A DNA stretch of 64,000 nt. Origin: Candidatus Eiseniibacteriota bacterium (lineage in GTDB: Bacteria; Eisenbacteria; RBG-16-71-46; CAZAMP01). The stretch's first letter is position 1, and every line of letters starts with the position of its first letter. The stretch covers positions 1,888,001 to 1,952,000 of the forward strand of contig OZ245046.1 of the NCBI GenBank assembly GCA_965224245.1, given 5' to 3'. Below, one piece after another: positions 25,040 through 35,183 of this stretch. Below the pieces are notes generated by a model. That model was not told the DNA's origin and searched no databases. It worked only from the letters and a program-made list of their open reading frames with translations. The position numbers were made by a program, and so were the translations under genes.

Positions 25040-25162
25040 GTTTCAGGACTCACGACTTCGTGGGAGGTGGCCGGCGCGCCGTGCGCGCATCACGCCTGGA
25101 AGAGCGCTTCTAGCATACGCACGACGCGGCACGCAATGCATGAGACCGGGCAGGATAGCGCC

Positions 25163-27103
25163 TCAGCGCAGTCGGCGCCACGTTCCCCCCCAGTGGAACA
25201 CCGACGAGGCGCCCGGATCCAGCTCCACACGGATCGCGCCCAGCCGTCGGGTCGCGTAGACCGGAACGCGACGCTCCGCGAGTGCCCCGGCGACCTCGCT
25301 CGCCACCGGCTTGGCCCCCGAGACCACGGCCAGACTCGGGGTCAACAGTGACAGGAGCCCCGGCGGTGAGGCGTCTCGACTGCCGTGGTGCCCGAGCTTG
25401 AGGACATCGGTCTCCGCGACCGCCGCACGGTGGCGGGCCGTGAGACGCGCCAGCCCCTGGCCGGAGAGGTCGCCGGTCAGCAACACGCGCGTTCCCCTCC
25501 AGTCGACGAGAAGCGTGACCGAGCGGGCGTTGTCGGCCAGCGCGGAGTCGGCCGGCGCCGGATGGAGGCACACGATCGATCCCTCGCGTGCGCTCCAGAG
25601 GGTGTCGCCATCGGCCAGCCGATGCACGTCGAGGCCGTATCGGTGCCCGGCGTCGCGCTCGGTGATCCCGACGAACACCCGATCCACGCGCCCGGCGTCG
25701 ACCAGCGCGCGAACGCCGCCGTCGTGATCCACGTCCGGATGCGTCACCACGAGGTTCACCCGACCGACGTTCATCGCGCGAAGCGCCCGTGACACCGCGC
25801 CCGCGTACCGCTCCCGGCCGGTATCCACGAGGAGGGGCTCGTGCCCGGGTAGCTCGCACACGATGGCGTCGCCATCGGCCACGTCCAGGAGCGTGATCGC
25901 GGCACGCGGCGCTTCGCGCGGGGTTCCGATCACCGCGAGCACCGCGAGGGCAACCCGGACCGCCCGATGGCCGCGCGAGAGCCCCGGCCACGCCGCGAGC
26001 GCCAGCGCCAGGATCCCGAGGGCGACGCCGGCGTCGATCGGCACCCGCGGGAGCGGCGGCAGCGCGCGCCCCGTCCCCCGCGATGCGCGGCGCGGCCGTG
26101 GCAGCTCGAGAAACGCGAGAATGCCCGCGGTGGCCGAGTACGACAGCACGTACCCCGCCGATCGCACGGCCCCCGGCGAGACGATCGTGGTCAGGATGAA
26201 CACGAACGCAAGCACGTTGCCGCCATCGAGGCGACGCCGGCGCAACGAGAGAACGGCCACGACGCTCGTCATGATCGCCGCGCGGACCACCGACGGCGAC
26301 CCGCCGGCCAGGATCGCGTACGGACCGAGCACCAGCGGGACCACCAGCGCGCCGTGCCGCCAGCCGAGTGCGCGCAGAAGCCCCACCAGGAGCGCGGCCA
26401 GGACGCCGACGTGCGCGCCACTGATGGCCAGCACGTGCGCGAGCCCCCGCTCGCGATAGGCCTCGCGAAGCTCGCGCGACAGCCCGGACCGATCCCCGAG
26501 CACGAGCGCGCGCAGAAGCCCGGCGCTGGTCGGATCGAGGCGCGAGTCGATCCGGTCGCGTGCATGCCGCCGGAACGCTCCGAGCCCGTGCGCCACCCCC
26601 GATCCGCCGTCCGTGACGAAGAGGGCCGCCGGACTCTCGACCGCGACGACGTTCCCGCGCGCGACGCCGCCGCCGGGGTTCCGTCGGCCGAAGGGCGGCC
26701 GCGGTCGCCCAAACACACCGATCCGCGAATCCTGCGCGGGCAAGCGGGCGAAATCGAGCAGCAAATCCGTCACATGTCCGGTTGAGTCGACGATCTGGGC
26801 GCGTCCGCCTCCGGGGGTCCAGTCCGCGCTCCGCACGCGCCCCCTGTGCCACACCCGCTCGGGCGGGACCACGGGCGCCTCGACGGGCCGGGGATCCAGA
26901 CTCGCGCCCGACATGAATCCGGCCATCGTAAACATAATGTAGACAAACGGTTGCGAGCCCCGGCGGTGCTCGCGGGCCAGGCTCAGCAACAGAAACGCGG
27001 TCAGCAGCGAAAGCCACGTGCCGTCCGCGGCCGTGACACCCGCCGCGAGACACAGCGCCGGCGTAACGAGCGGCGCGGCAACGCCGAGCGGCAGAGCCTT
27101 CAT
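25163..27103 (-). CDS. comEC: ComEC/Rec2 competence protein with MBL domain
   Basis: GLAHVLAISGAHV, SVVRAAIM, THPDVDHDGG, LLTGD, KLGHHGS. Confidence 0.85.
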   Translation of the reverse strand: MKALPLGVAAPLVTPALCLAAGVTAADGTWLSLLTAFLLLSLAREHRRGSQPFVYIMFTMAGFMSGASLDPRPVEAPVVPPERVWHRGRVRSADWTPGGGRAQIVDSTGHVTDLLLDFARLPAQDSRIGVFGRPRPPFGRRNPGGGVARGNVVAVESPAALFVTDGGSGVAHGLGAFRRHARDRIDSRLDPTSAGLLRALVLGDRSGLSRELREAYRERGLAHVLAISGAHVGVLAALLVGLLRALGWRHGALVVPLVLGPYAILAGGSPSVVRAAIMTSVVAVLSLRRRRLDGGNVLAFVFILTTIVSPGAVRSAGYVLSYSATAGILAFLELPRPRRASRGTGRALPPLPRVPIDAGVALGILALALAAWPGLSRGHRAVRVALAVLAVIGTPREAPRAAITLLDVADGDAIVCELPGHEPLLVDTGRERYAGAVSRALRAMNVGRVNLVVTHPDVDHDGGVRALVDAGRVDRVFVGITERDAGHRYGLDVHRLADGDTLWSAREGSIVCLHPAPADSALADNARSVTLLVDWRGTRVLLTGDLSGQGLARLTARHRAAVAETDVLKLGHHGSRDASPPGLLSLLTPSLAVVSGAKPVASEVAGALAERRVPVYATRRLGAIRVELDPGASSVFHWGGTWRRLR

Positions 27104-27158
27104 TCCAGCGGACCGTTCATGTTAGGCTTTGGCGTATATCATCCACCTGGAGATGTTG

Positions 27159-27527
27159 ATGACGCAGGGGTCACCCGCCGTCCACGCCAGCCGTAACGGC
27201 CGGGCGGACGACCAAGATTCGGTCAACGGCGCCGTCACGCTTCTCAAAGCCGTCGGTCATCCTCTTCGCTTTCGCATCGTCGATCTCCTGGCCCGGCACA
27301 GCGCGCTCTCCGTGACCGAACTCTGCACCGTGCTCGACACGAAACAGCCGATCATCTCGCAACAGCTGTCGATCCTCCGAAAGGGCCTCGTGGTCAAGGG
27401 CAACCGCCACGGGAACCGCGTGCTCTACTCGCTGGCGAGTGATCGCGTGGCGAGGCTCGTACAGCTTCTTCACCATCCGACGAGCGACTCGGGCTGGGAA
27501 GAGTTCGCGGGAGACTTGCGCCAGTAG
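27159..27527 (+). CDS. ArsR/SmtB family transcriptional regulator
   Basis: LKAVGHPLRFRIV, SVTEL, ISQQLSILR...GLV...YSL. Confidence 0.85.
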   Translation: MTQGSPAVHASRNGRADDQDSVNGAVTLLKAVGHPLRFRIVDLLARHSALSVTELCTVLDTKQPIISQQLSILRKGLVVKGNRHGNRVLYSLASDRVARLVQLLHHPTSDSGWEEFAGDLRQ

Positions 27528-27671
27528 CGCTCGGGAGACGTCACGGGGACGCGCATCATCGCGCGGTTCGCGGGGCGGTTCCACATCCGATTTCAGAGAG
27601 CCGTCGCGACGCATCGGCGTCGTGACGGCCCGGCCCGCGGTCGCTCGTACCCGTCCGACCGCGGCGATTGC

Positions 27672-30473
27672 TCACGGTCGGCTCGGGACCGGCTCCCCCG
27701 TGAGCGACGAGCGCACGCGCCAGTCCGGATCGTCGGCCAGCACGCTCACCGCCGCCGTCTCCGGCGGTACGCCGTGTGCGTGAAGCGCCCGCGCGAGCGC
27801 GATGCGTGGCATCGCCTCCCATCCGGCCGCCGACGCCGCGAGCTCGATCAGCGCGTCGGTCGTCACCTCGGTACGGCAGCTCGCGAGCACGCCGAGCGTC
27901 CAGGTGCGACGCATGGCGTGGTCGTCGCGGCGCACCCGATCCACGAGCGAAGGCGCGACCTCCGGGCCCGCACGCACGAGCGCCTGGTACGCCGCCTGTC
28001 GGACCCGATGGCTTCGATCGCCGAGCGTGTCCGTCAAGCGCTCCACGTCGCCGGCGGTACCGAGCGCGCCGAGCGCGAACACCGCGGCGCTTCTCACGTC
28101 GGCATCCGGGTCGCGTAGAACCCCGTCGAGCATCGCGGGCGTGATCGCGGCCGCCGCGCTGGAGTCGGCCCGTGCGAGCCGCCCCAGCGACATCGCCGCG
28201 CGCGCGCGCAGGCCGGCGTCGTCATCCTCGAGGATCGGGACCAGGGGGGCGACCGCGGACCGGTCGGCCAGATATCCCAGCGTCCAGGTCACCTGTCGCC
28301 GGACGCGCTCGCTTCGGGCGCTGTCGACCACCGCCGCCAGGAGCGGCACGCCGACCCCGCCGAGCGACTCGAAGACGTCCTTGATTCCCCAGTACTCGCG
28401 CGGGATTCGGGTGTCCATGTACGGGACGAGCGCCTCGAGACCGGCGATGCCCAGCTCCTCGAAGCGCGATCGGGCCGCGTCGCGCCATTCGGAGAACTTG
28501 GGCGGTCCGGTCGACGCGAGCACGAATAGCTCGTCGAGGGTGTAGTCCCGATCCACGAACGGCACCTTCGGATCCGGCGGCCACACCTCCTCGGCCGACA
28601 GCTCGCCGGGCCGATCCACGAGCGCGCCCACATCGCTCCTGACCCGCACCGATCCGTCGCGCGGCGTTCCCGGATACGTGTCGAGCCCCACCGCGTCCAC
28701 GACGAGGCCGATGCTGCCCGAGCCCCGGCGCCGATTGCCGTACCCGAGCGTGCTGGAGGAGCGGCGAACGGTGTATGCGTCGTCTCCGGACGCGTCCAGC
28801 ACGAGCCCGAATCCGTTCGCGTTGCCGGCCCCCTGGGAGAGCTCGATCGCATCGTACGTGTCGTTGCCTCGCGCGTCGTACAGGATCCCGGCCGCCCGAT
28901 CGTGTCCGCACCCCTGACTGACGCTCTTGGTCACGTACATGTCGTCGCCCCCGGTGTCGGACAGCATGCCGACGCCGTAGTGCACCCCGGATCCCTGGGT
29001 GTACTGGTAGCCGGCGTACACGTCGTGACCGTCGGCGTCCACCAGCGCGCCGAGCCCGAACCAGTACGCGACGCCCTGGCCGAAGATGTCGCACTGGTAG
29101 AGATCGTTTCCGCGCTCGTCGATCAAGAGGCCTACCCCGCCGGAGCGATCGGGACGTGCGCCGAACGCGGCGCCCTGGAGGAACGACACGTAGTGCGTGT
29201 CGTATCGGATCACGTCGGTCACCAGCGGCGTCGCCAGGTACCGATCGCCGCCGTCCCGGTCGCAGAGCACGCCGACTCCGCGCACCCCGCCGAAGCCCTG
29301 ACCGTACGTGCCCAGGCGGTAGACGTCGTCGCCGGCGTCGTCGAGCAGAAGGCCGACGCCGAACGTGGCCGCCCCCTGCCCGAGCTCGGTCCCCATGTAG
29401 GTGTCACGTCCGGCGGCATCCCAGAGGACGCCCACGCCGACGACGCCGGCGCCCAGTCCGACCGGACCGGCCACGTACACGTCGTCCCCCCCCAGATCGA
29501 ACAGGACGCCCACCCCCCCGACGCCCGACGCGATCGCACCGGGCTCGACACCGCGGTACGTGTCGTCGCCGGACAGATCCAGCGCACAGGCCGCCGTGCG
29601 CGCGTGCCGGCCGGTTCCCCCGGCACCGTGCCCGTACAGGTCGTCGCCGCCGGGATCCACCGACACGAAGAGGTCGTCGGGATAGGTGTCGCTTCCGGTC
29701 GTGCCCACGATCACGTGACCGAAGCCGGTCTCAACCCCGACGGGCACCCATGCCGACACGTCGGCCGACGAGAGCGACCGTGCGGCACGCAGGCACGCCT
29801 CGGTGAACGTGCGCGCGATCGTCGAGAGGGCCTGCACCGACACCGGCTCCACGGCCGCGTAGAACGAGTCGGCCGACGCGATCGACGCGCGCTCGGCGGC
29901 CCGCAGCTCGAAGGGATCGGATCCGGATTCGTCGGTCTCGTCGAAGCTGGCGAGGGCGCCCTCCACGACGCCGGGCGGCAGCGGAACGCTCGCCACCGCC
30001 GCGAGCACCGCCGCCTCGACGAGCGCCACCGTGAGCTCGGTCTCGTCCGCGGGGGCGCCGGCCGCCTCGAGCGCCTCCCGGGTGGCCACGACGGCCGAGG
30101 CATTCGGCCGTCCGCCCGGCGGACCGTCGCGCGGACCGCCCACCAGCCCGTCGGCCCGCTGGAGGAGCGAGAGGATCGCGTCCGCCGCATCGCCGGGGAC
30201 GTCGGCCAGCTCCTCGACCCGCTCGGGTGTCTCGAGCGGGGCGGCCAGGAGATCGTCGACGATGGGCATGCGAAACGCATCCGCCCGGTTCTCGGTCACG
30301 CTCACGTCGGTGTCGTCGGGCACGAGACCCATGGTCTCCAGCGCGTCGCGAACCCAGGTCTCCTCGCCCGCTCGTGCCCCGAACGACGCCGCGAGCACCA
30401 GCGCGGTCGCGGTCGCGGCAATCGTCCCCTCCCGCCGCGGTCTCGAGGACGGCGGGCGTCGACGGCGCGTCAA
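27672..30473 (-). CDS. Secreted protein with DxxGxDxY repeat solenoid and C-terminal HEAT repeats
   Basis: About 12 DxxG(D/N)DxY repeats; HEAT motifs (LEDDDAGLRARAAMSLG, DPDADVRSAAVFALG); TTG start overlapping the upstream stop. Confidence 0.75.
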   Translation of the reverse strand: MTRRRRPPSSRPRREGTIAATATALVLAASFGARAGEETWVRDALETMGLVPDDTDVSVTENRADAFRMPIVDDLLAAPLETPERVEELADVPGDAADAILSLLQRADGLVGGPRDGPPGGRPNASAVVATREALEAAGAPADETELTVALVEAAVLAAVASVPLPPGVVEGALASFDETDESGSDPFELRAAERASIASADSFYAAVEPVSVQALSTIARTFTEACLRAARSLSSADVSAWVPVGVETGFGHVIVGTTGSDTYPDDLFVSVDPGGDDLYGHGAGGTGRHARTAACALDLSGDDTYRGVEPGAIASGVGGVGVLFDLGGDDVYVAGPVGLGAGVVGVGVLWDAAGRDTYMGTELGQGAATFGVGLLLDDAGDDVYRLGTYGQGFGGVRGVGVLCDRDGGDRYLATPLVTDVIRYDTHYVSFLQGAAFGARPDRSGGVGLLIDERGNDLYQCDIFGQGVAYWFGLGALVDADGHDVYAGYQYTQGSGVHYGVGMLSDTGGDDMYVTKSVSQGCGHDRAAGILYDARGNDTYDAIELSQGAGNANGFGLVLDASGDDAYTVRRSSSTLGYGNRRRGSGSIGLVVDAVGLDTYPGTPRDGSVRVRSDVGALVDRPGELSAEEVWPPDPKVPFVDRDYTLDELFVLASTGPPKFSEWRDAARSRFEELGIAGLEALVPYMDTRIPREYWGIKDVFESLGGVGVPLLAAVVDSARSERVRRQVTWTLGYLADRSAVAPLVPILEDDDAGLRARAAMSLGRLARADSSAAAAITPAMLDGVLRDPDADVRSAAVFALGALGTAGDVERLTDTLGDRSHRVRQAAYQALVRAGPEVAPSLVDRVRRDDHAMRRTWTLGVLASCRTEVTTDALIELAASAAGWEAMPRIALARALHAHGVPPETAAVSVLADDPDWRVRSSLTGEPVPSRP

Positions 30474-31207
30474 AACCGTGACCGGATCGATGCGGTGACA
30501 CGATCCAGCGTGTTCACCTGGCTGCCGCTGAACACCGAGAGGAGGCGGTAGCGGATCACGAATGCGAGCGAGTCGCTGAGATCTCCGACACCTCCGAGAT
30601 CGACCAGGAGCGTGCCGTCGGTCCGGGCGTCGATCCGGTAGCGACTGGTCTCGACGTAGTCGATCCAGTCGAACGCGATCAGCTCGTCGACCCGGCCCCA
30701 GCGAACGACGCCACCGCCGATGCCGGCGATGGGTGTGACGTGCCACCGGTAGAGCCAGGTCTCGATGGAGACGAACGCACTGCTCAGCGACGGCATCGGA
30801 ATCGTCGTCGTTCCCCCACCGTTCGCGCTGACCCACTCGCTGACCGACTCCCCGGCATGTCCGAGGGACAGGCGCGCCTCGAGGCGCGGGCTGAGGCGGC
30901 GTCCGAGCGTGATCTCGATCAGGGGCTTCGCCGTCGTGTCGTTCGCGCCGCTGGGGATGTTGGCCACCGAGGGTGTGTACACGACGACCCCCCCGCCGAC
31001 CTCCAGATCCCACCGGCTCGACCACGGCGTGGCATCGGTGTCCGCGCCCCGAGCCGGGCCGGGAACGAGCGCTCCGCCGACGAGGACCGTGGCGGCGATG
31101 CGGCCGGCGATGCGGCCGGCGATCCGGCCGGCGGTGCCGCGGGCGATGCGGCGCGCGGCGATGCGGCGCGCGCGGATGCGGGCCGCTCTGGATGGCGTGT
31201 CCTGCAT
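30470..31207 (-). CDS. Putative outer-membrane beta-barrel protein
   Basis: Signal peptide, amphipathic beta strands, C-terminal Phe (ASIRSRF). Confidence 0.6.
   Translation of the reverse strand: MQDTPSRAARIRARRIAARRIARGTAGRIAGRIAGRIAATVLVGGALVPGPARGADTDATPWSSRWDLEVGGGVVVYTPSVANIPSGANDTTAKPLIEITLGRRLSPRLEARLSLGHAGESVSEWVSANGGGTTTIPMPSLSSAFVSIETWLYRWHVTPIAGIGGGVVRWGRVDELIAFDWIDYVETSRYRIDARTDGTLLVDLGGVGDLSDSLAFVIRYRLLSVFSGSQVNTLDRVTASIRSRF
31094..31180. repeat. Degenerate 12-bp tandem repeat (GGCGATGCGGCC) encoding IAGR repeats in a signal-peptide n-region
   Basis: Three near-exact units at 31094-31129 plus degenerate copies. Confidence 0.7.
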
Positions 31208-31246
31208 GGGTCTCAGTCTAGCCGTACCCGGCATCCGCGCAAACAA

Positions 31247-32848
31247 TTACGGAAGCTCGTGCGGCATGTTCTCGTTGGGCGGCTTGAAGAACTTCCGGAC
31301 CGGGTAGCGGAAGAAGTTCGAGGCCCGGCTCGTGTAGATGCAGGCGAAGCGCGTGAGCTGCGCGCCGAATCGGCTCTGGGTGTTCCCGTTCTTGAAGATG
31401 GGACCCCAGTTCGCGTTGTAGATCGACTCGGCCGCCTCCCAGCTCGATTCCATGCGCTTCTCCGCCCGCTCGATCCGTCGCTCCATCTCGCGCAGCCCGC
31501 GCTTCATGTGCGCGAACGTCTCCCGGAGCTTCGCCCGCTCCGCAGGTGGGACGGCCGGATCGGATCGCCGACGATCGTGCTCGGCCAGCTCGATCTCCAG
31601 GAGGTCCCGGTCCGAGAGGAGCCGGTCCAGGCTTCGCTCGGCGTTGCGCGCTCGCTCGATCTGACGCTTGGCCCTCTGGCGAGCCGCGATCTCGTCCTCG
31701 AGCTCGTGGAGGATCATCGCCGTGCGCCACCCCAGCGCCCGCTTCGAGCGAAGGATGTCCCCGTACGTGTGATCGCCGAAGTAGAGGATCTGATCGCCCT
31801 TGTGACCGAGACGCTCCTCGAGCGCCGCGGCGTGCCCGCCCGACAGCACCGGCCGGCGCGCTCGCATGTGCGATCTCGCGCCGCTCGTCCCGCTCGGGGA
31901 GGTGGCATGACCCGGCGAGACCTCGGACTCGGGCAGCTCCTCGAACGGGGTCGTCGACGTGAAGAACCGCGGCTTCCGCGCGTTCACGACGACCAGATCG
32001 AAGTAGTCCCGCCAGCTCGCGTACTGCCCGAGCACGCCGGAGAGGAGCGTGCTCATGACCACGTGCGTGTACGTGGGCTCGGAGTTCGTCAACAGGAAGA
32101 GCTTCTTGTGATGACGGCGGAACTTGTCGAGAGTCAGCGCCAGATGGTCGTCGTGCATCACGTAGTAGTCGGGGTCGGCCTGGATGACGTCCTTGATGCT
32201 GCCGTCCTGATGGGAGGCGTCCACGCACCAGCGAACGTCGTCGTAGAGTGCGTCGTAGGCCACGTCACCGCCCCGGCTGTCCATCAGCGCGACGAGCTGC
32301 GCGTACAGCGACACCTCGGGGAGCGAGAAGAGCGTGTCGAGGCTGATGAACCGGTCCTCGGAGAGCGGGATCTTCCGCCCCTTGTACTGCTTCTTGCGAT
32401 CCTCGGGCGAGAGGCGCGTCAGACCGTGGAACACGTTCGACACGTAGTGGTGGCGGTCCATCTTGAGGATGTTGCCGCACGTCTTGTCCACCACCAGGCC
32501 ACGGATGACGAAGTCGTGGTCGTACTCGAACGCGGCCACCTCGTCGGGATATCCCTTCACGTCCACGAGCTTCGTCCTGGATGCGTCGAACGCCAGGCGC
32601 TCGAACTCGCGCGAGCGATAGATCGCCAGCGTGTGATCCATGTCGAAGCCGACGGCCTTCACGCTCGGCATCTTCAGGTTCCGGTTGACGTAGATCCGGA
32701 GCTCGGCCGGGATGTCCTGATTGCGCAGGCGGGGTCGCGGCACGCTGGGACGCCGACCGCGATGCGGGTGACCCTCGCGGTTCTCGGCGGACGGGTCCCG
32801 CCCGGCCGGCCGGCCGGACACCGAGGACCGGTCGTCGGGGCCGCTCAC
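31247..32848 (-). CDS. HAD-IG family 5'-nucleotidase (cN-II-like)
   Basis: GFDMDHTL, FLLTNS, FDLVVVNARKPRFF, LYFGDHTYGDI, RFACIYTS. Confidence 0.92.
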   Translation of the reverse strand: MSGPDDRSSVSGRPAGRDPSAENREGHPHRGRRPSVPRPRLRNQDIPAELRIYVNRNLKMPSVKAVGFDMDHTLAIYRSREFERLAFDASRTKLVDVKGYPDEVAAFEYDHDFVIRGLVVDKTCGNILKMDRHHYVSNVFHGLTRLSPEDRKKQYKGRKIPLSEDRFISLDTLFSLPEVSLYAQLVALMDSRGGDVAYDALYDDVRWCVDASHQDGSIKDVIQADPDYYVMHDDHLALTLDKFRRHHKKLFLLTNSEPTYTHVVMSTLLSGVLGQYASWRDYFDLVVVNARKPRFFTSTTPFEELPESEVSPGHATSPSGTSGARSHMRARRPVLSGGHAAALEERLGHKGDQILYFGDHTYGDILRSKRALGWRTAMILHELEDEIAARQRAKRQIERARNAERSLDRLLSDRDLLEIELAEHDRRRSDPAVPPAERAKLRETFAHMKRGLREMERRIERAEKRMESSWEAAESIYNANWGPIFKNGNTQSRFGAQLTRFACIYTSRASNFFRYPVRKFFKPPNENMPHELP

Positions 32849-33843
32849 GCGTGTCCCCCGCCGGTGAGACCCAGAAAGCGCCGGGCATTGTCACCGGCGA
32901 ACGCCGCCACGTGCGCCGGTGGGTGACCCCGCTCCAGGAGTCGCGCCACGAGGAGCGGAAACCGCGCGGCACCCTCGAAGCCGCTCGGTCCGAACGGGAT
33001 CCCGTCGAAATCGCTGCCCAGCGCGAGCGCGTCGGTTCCGGCCACGCGCCAGAGGTGCTCGAGGTGGGTGACGACGTCGTCGAGCGTCGCGTTCCGGATC
33101 GTCCGCGACAGGAACACCGGAAACACGTTCACGCCGATGATGCCGCCCCGATCGGCGATGGCGTGCGCGATCGCGTCCGAGACGTTGCGCGGATGCGGGT
33201 GCCGGGCCCGCGCGGACGAGTGGGACGCCAGGGGTGGCAGGGTGGCCGCGGAGATCACGTCGAAGGCCGTCGCGTCCGATGCGTGCGAGAGATCGATCGG
33301 GACCCCCTCGGCGTTCAATCGCGCGATCAGCTCGCGGCCGTCCTCGGTGAGTCCGCCCGGTCGCGAGTCCTCGCAGGACGTGGCCCATGCGTTGCCGACG
33401 TTCCAGGTCAGCGACACGTAGGCGGGGCGCCACCGCGCCAGCGCCTCCACCCGGTCGGGATGGCCGATCAGCACGCGGGCGTCCTCCAGCGCGGGCAGGA
33501 GCGTGAGGCCACCGGTCCCGACGGCGCGCCGGCGCTCACGGAGCCGCTCGAGCGCGTCCATCATGGTCAGTGCGCGCGCCCAGCCACGCTCGGACCCGAG
33601 GTGCGCCGGGATCCAGAACGCGTAGACCGCCGCGCCGAATCCACCGGCCACGAGATCGTCCGGCGCCGCGTGACCGACGGGATCGCCGGGCGGTCCATCC
33701 GCCAGCGCGTGCGCGATCGTGTCGCAGTGGAGATCGACGGCCGGATGGCGGGCGAGGAACTCGCGCGCCTGGACGAGACGTGCCTCGGGAATCGCGAACG
33801 CGCGTGCGGCCTCGGCGAGTGAATCGGTCGTCGTATCGGCCAT
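32845..33843 (-). CDS. Membrane dipeptidase (M19 family)
   Basis: VDLHCD, LTWN, IDLSH, ASHS, PRN, LGSDFDG. Confidence 0.9.
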   Translation of the reverse strand: MADTTTDSLAEAARAFAIPEARLVQAREFLARHPAVDLHCDTIAHALADGPPGDPVGHAAPDDLVAGGFGAAVYAFWIPAHLGSERGWARALTMMDALERLRERRRAVGTGGLTLLPALEDARVLIGHPDRVEALARWRPAYVSLTWNVGNAWATSCEDSRPGGLTEDGRELIARLNAEGVPIDLSHASDATAFDVISAATLPPLASHSSARARHPHPRNVSDAIAHAIADRGGIIGVNVFPVFLSRTIRNATLDDVVTHLEHLWRVAGTDALALGSDFDGIPFGPSGFEGAARFPLLVARLLERGHPPAHVAAFAGDNARRFLGLTGGGHA

Positions 33844-33965
33844 CCGGAACCTCGTGTCGCGAGCGTGCGACGTCCACGGGCACCCAGGATCGTGCCCGGA
33901 CGCATCATAGGGACGCGGACCCCGCGCCTCAACCGGCGACACCGGAGATGGCACCCTCGCCGCCG

Positions 33966-35183
33966 CTAGGCGGCGTCGACGGTGATCTCGAGGCGCGAGC
34001 CGCTGTCGACCGGCCACGGCGCCACGAAACGCCATGCCGTCACCCCCTCGAGCGCCCGCCGCGCGGTGTCGCGTGCCGTCTGACGGTCGCCCGTCCGCAG
34101 CGTCAGCACGACCTGACGTCCGGCGCACCGGGCGGCGGTGAGGAGCCCGCGGGCCGCCTCGCTCGGCGTTGCGTCCCAGACCACCACGTCGGGCTGCCAG
34201 CGACCGTAGACGCGCGCGACGTGCGAGAGATCCCCGTCCGGGGCGACCGTCTCGTGCCACACACCCAGCCCATCGGCCAGATCGTAGGCGGGGAAGTCGG
34301 TGACGATCAGACAGCGCCAGCCTCGACGGGCGTAGCCGATCGCCAGGAGCGCCGCGACGAGACTCTTGCCGGTGGCGGCCGGTCCGTAGACGACGGTCGG
34401 CGTCAGCTCCACGAGGAGATCCTCGAACCGGGCGGTCGAGATCAGATGCGTCTCCGGATCGGGGGTCGGAAAGGGATTCACGACGCGGTAGCCATCGGGT
34501 CCGTTCGAGACGTACACGCGCCGCGTGCCGAGACGGCACCATCCGCCGTCCGGCACCGACCCGTGCCCGGCCGAGAGCGTCGCGGCGAGGTCGAACGACG
34601 GGGCCTCGCCGAAGGAGAGCCGCTCTCCGGTCACCTCCTCTCCGACCAGGGCGTGCCCGGTGGCACGGAAGAGGCGCCGGCCCGGCCGCTCCAGGAGCCA
34701 GGACAAAGGTGCGCTCTCGCCGGACGCACGCCCCGCCGCGGAGGCGCTGATCTCGGCGAAGGTGCGCGACAGCTCGTCGACTTCCCGTAGCGACGCGGCC
34801 ACCTCCTCGGCGCCCGTCCCGGACTCGTCGGTCAGGCGCGCGGTCTCCAGCAACAGGTTCCAGGTCCCGCCCTCGATCTCGCGCGCAGCGTGGATGGGCT
34901 CCCGGACGAACGTGAACGTTCCCTCGTCCCACACCAGGAGCCGCATCGCGGTCTCGGTGCCGCCCCGGAGATCGGGTCCCACCGCGGCGACGACGTCCCC
35001 GTCCGAGAAGTACAGCACCCCCCGCTGGTCGTCTCGCACGAGGTGGAGCGTACCGGTCTTGCGCCCCAGGAGCAGGAACTGGCTGAGCTCGATGGGCGAG
35101 GTCGCCTCGAGCGAGCCGCTGATCGTCGCCACCGCCTCCAGGGCGTCCGAGACACGAGGCGCGCTACGCCGCATGGTCGTCAT
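33966..35183 (-). CDS. DUF4388 domain fused to a degenerate P-loop ATPase
   Basis: ISGSLEATSPIELSQFL...KTGTL...LYFSDGDVVAA...WDEGTFTF; C-terminal GPAATGKS, PDVVVWD. Confidence 0.65.
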   Translation of the reverse strand: MTTMRRSAPRVSDALEAVATISGSLEATSPIELSQFLLLGRKTGTLHLVRDDQRGVLYFSDGDVVAAVGPDLRGGTETAMRLLVWDEGTFTFVREPIHAAREIEGGTWNLLLETARLTDESGTGAEEVAASLREVDELSRTFAEISASAAGRASGESAPLSWLLERPGRRLFRATGHALVGEEVTGERLSFGEAPSFDLAATLSAGHGSVPDGGWCRLGTRRVYVSNGPDGYRVVNPFPTPDPETHLISTARFEDLLVELTPTVVYGPAATGKSLVAALLAIGYARRGWRCLIVTDFPAYDLADGLGVWHETVAPDGDLSHVARVYGRWQPDVVVWDATPSEAARGLLTAARCAGRQVVLTLRTGDRQTARDTARRALEGVTAWRFVAPWPVDSGSRLEITVDAA

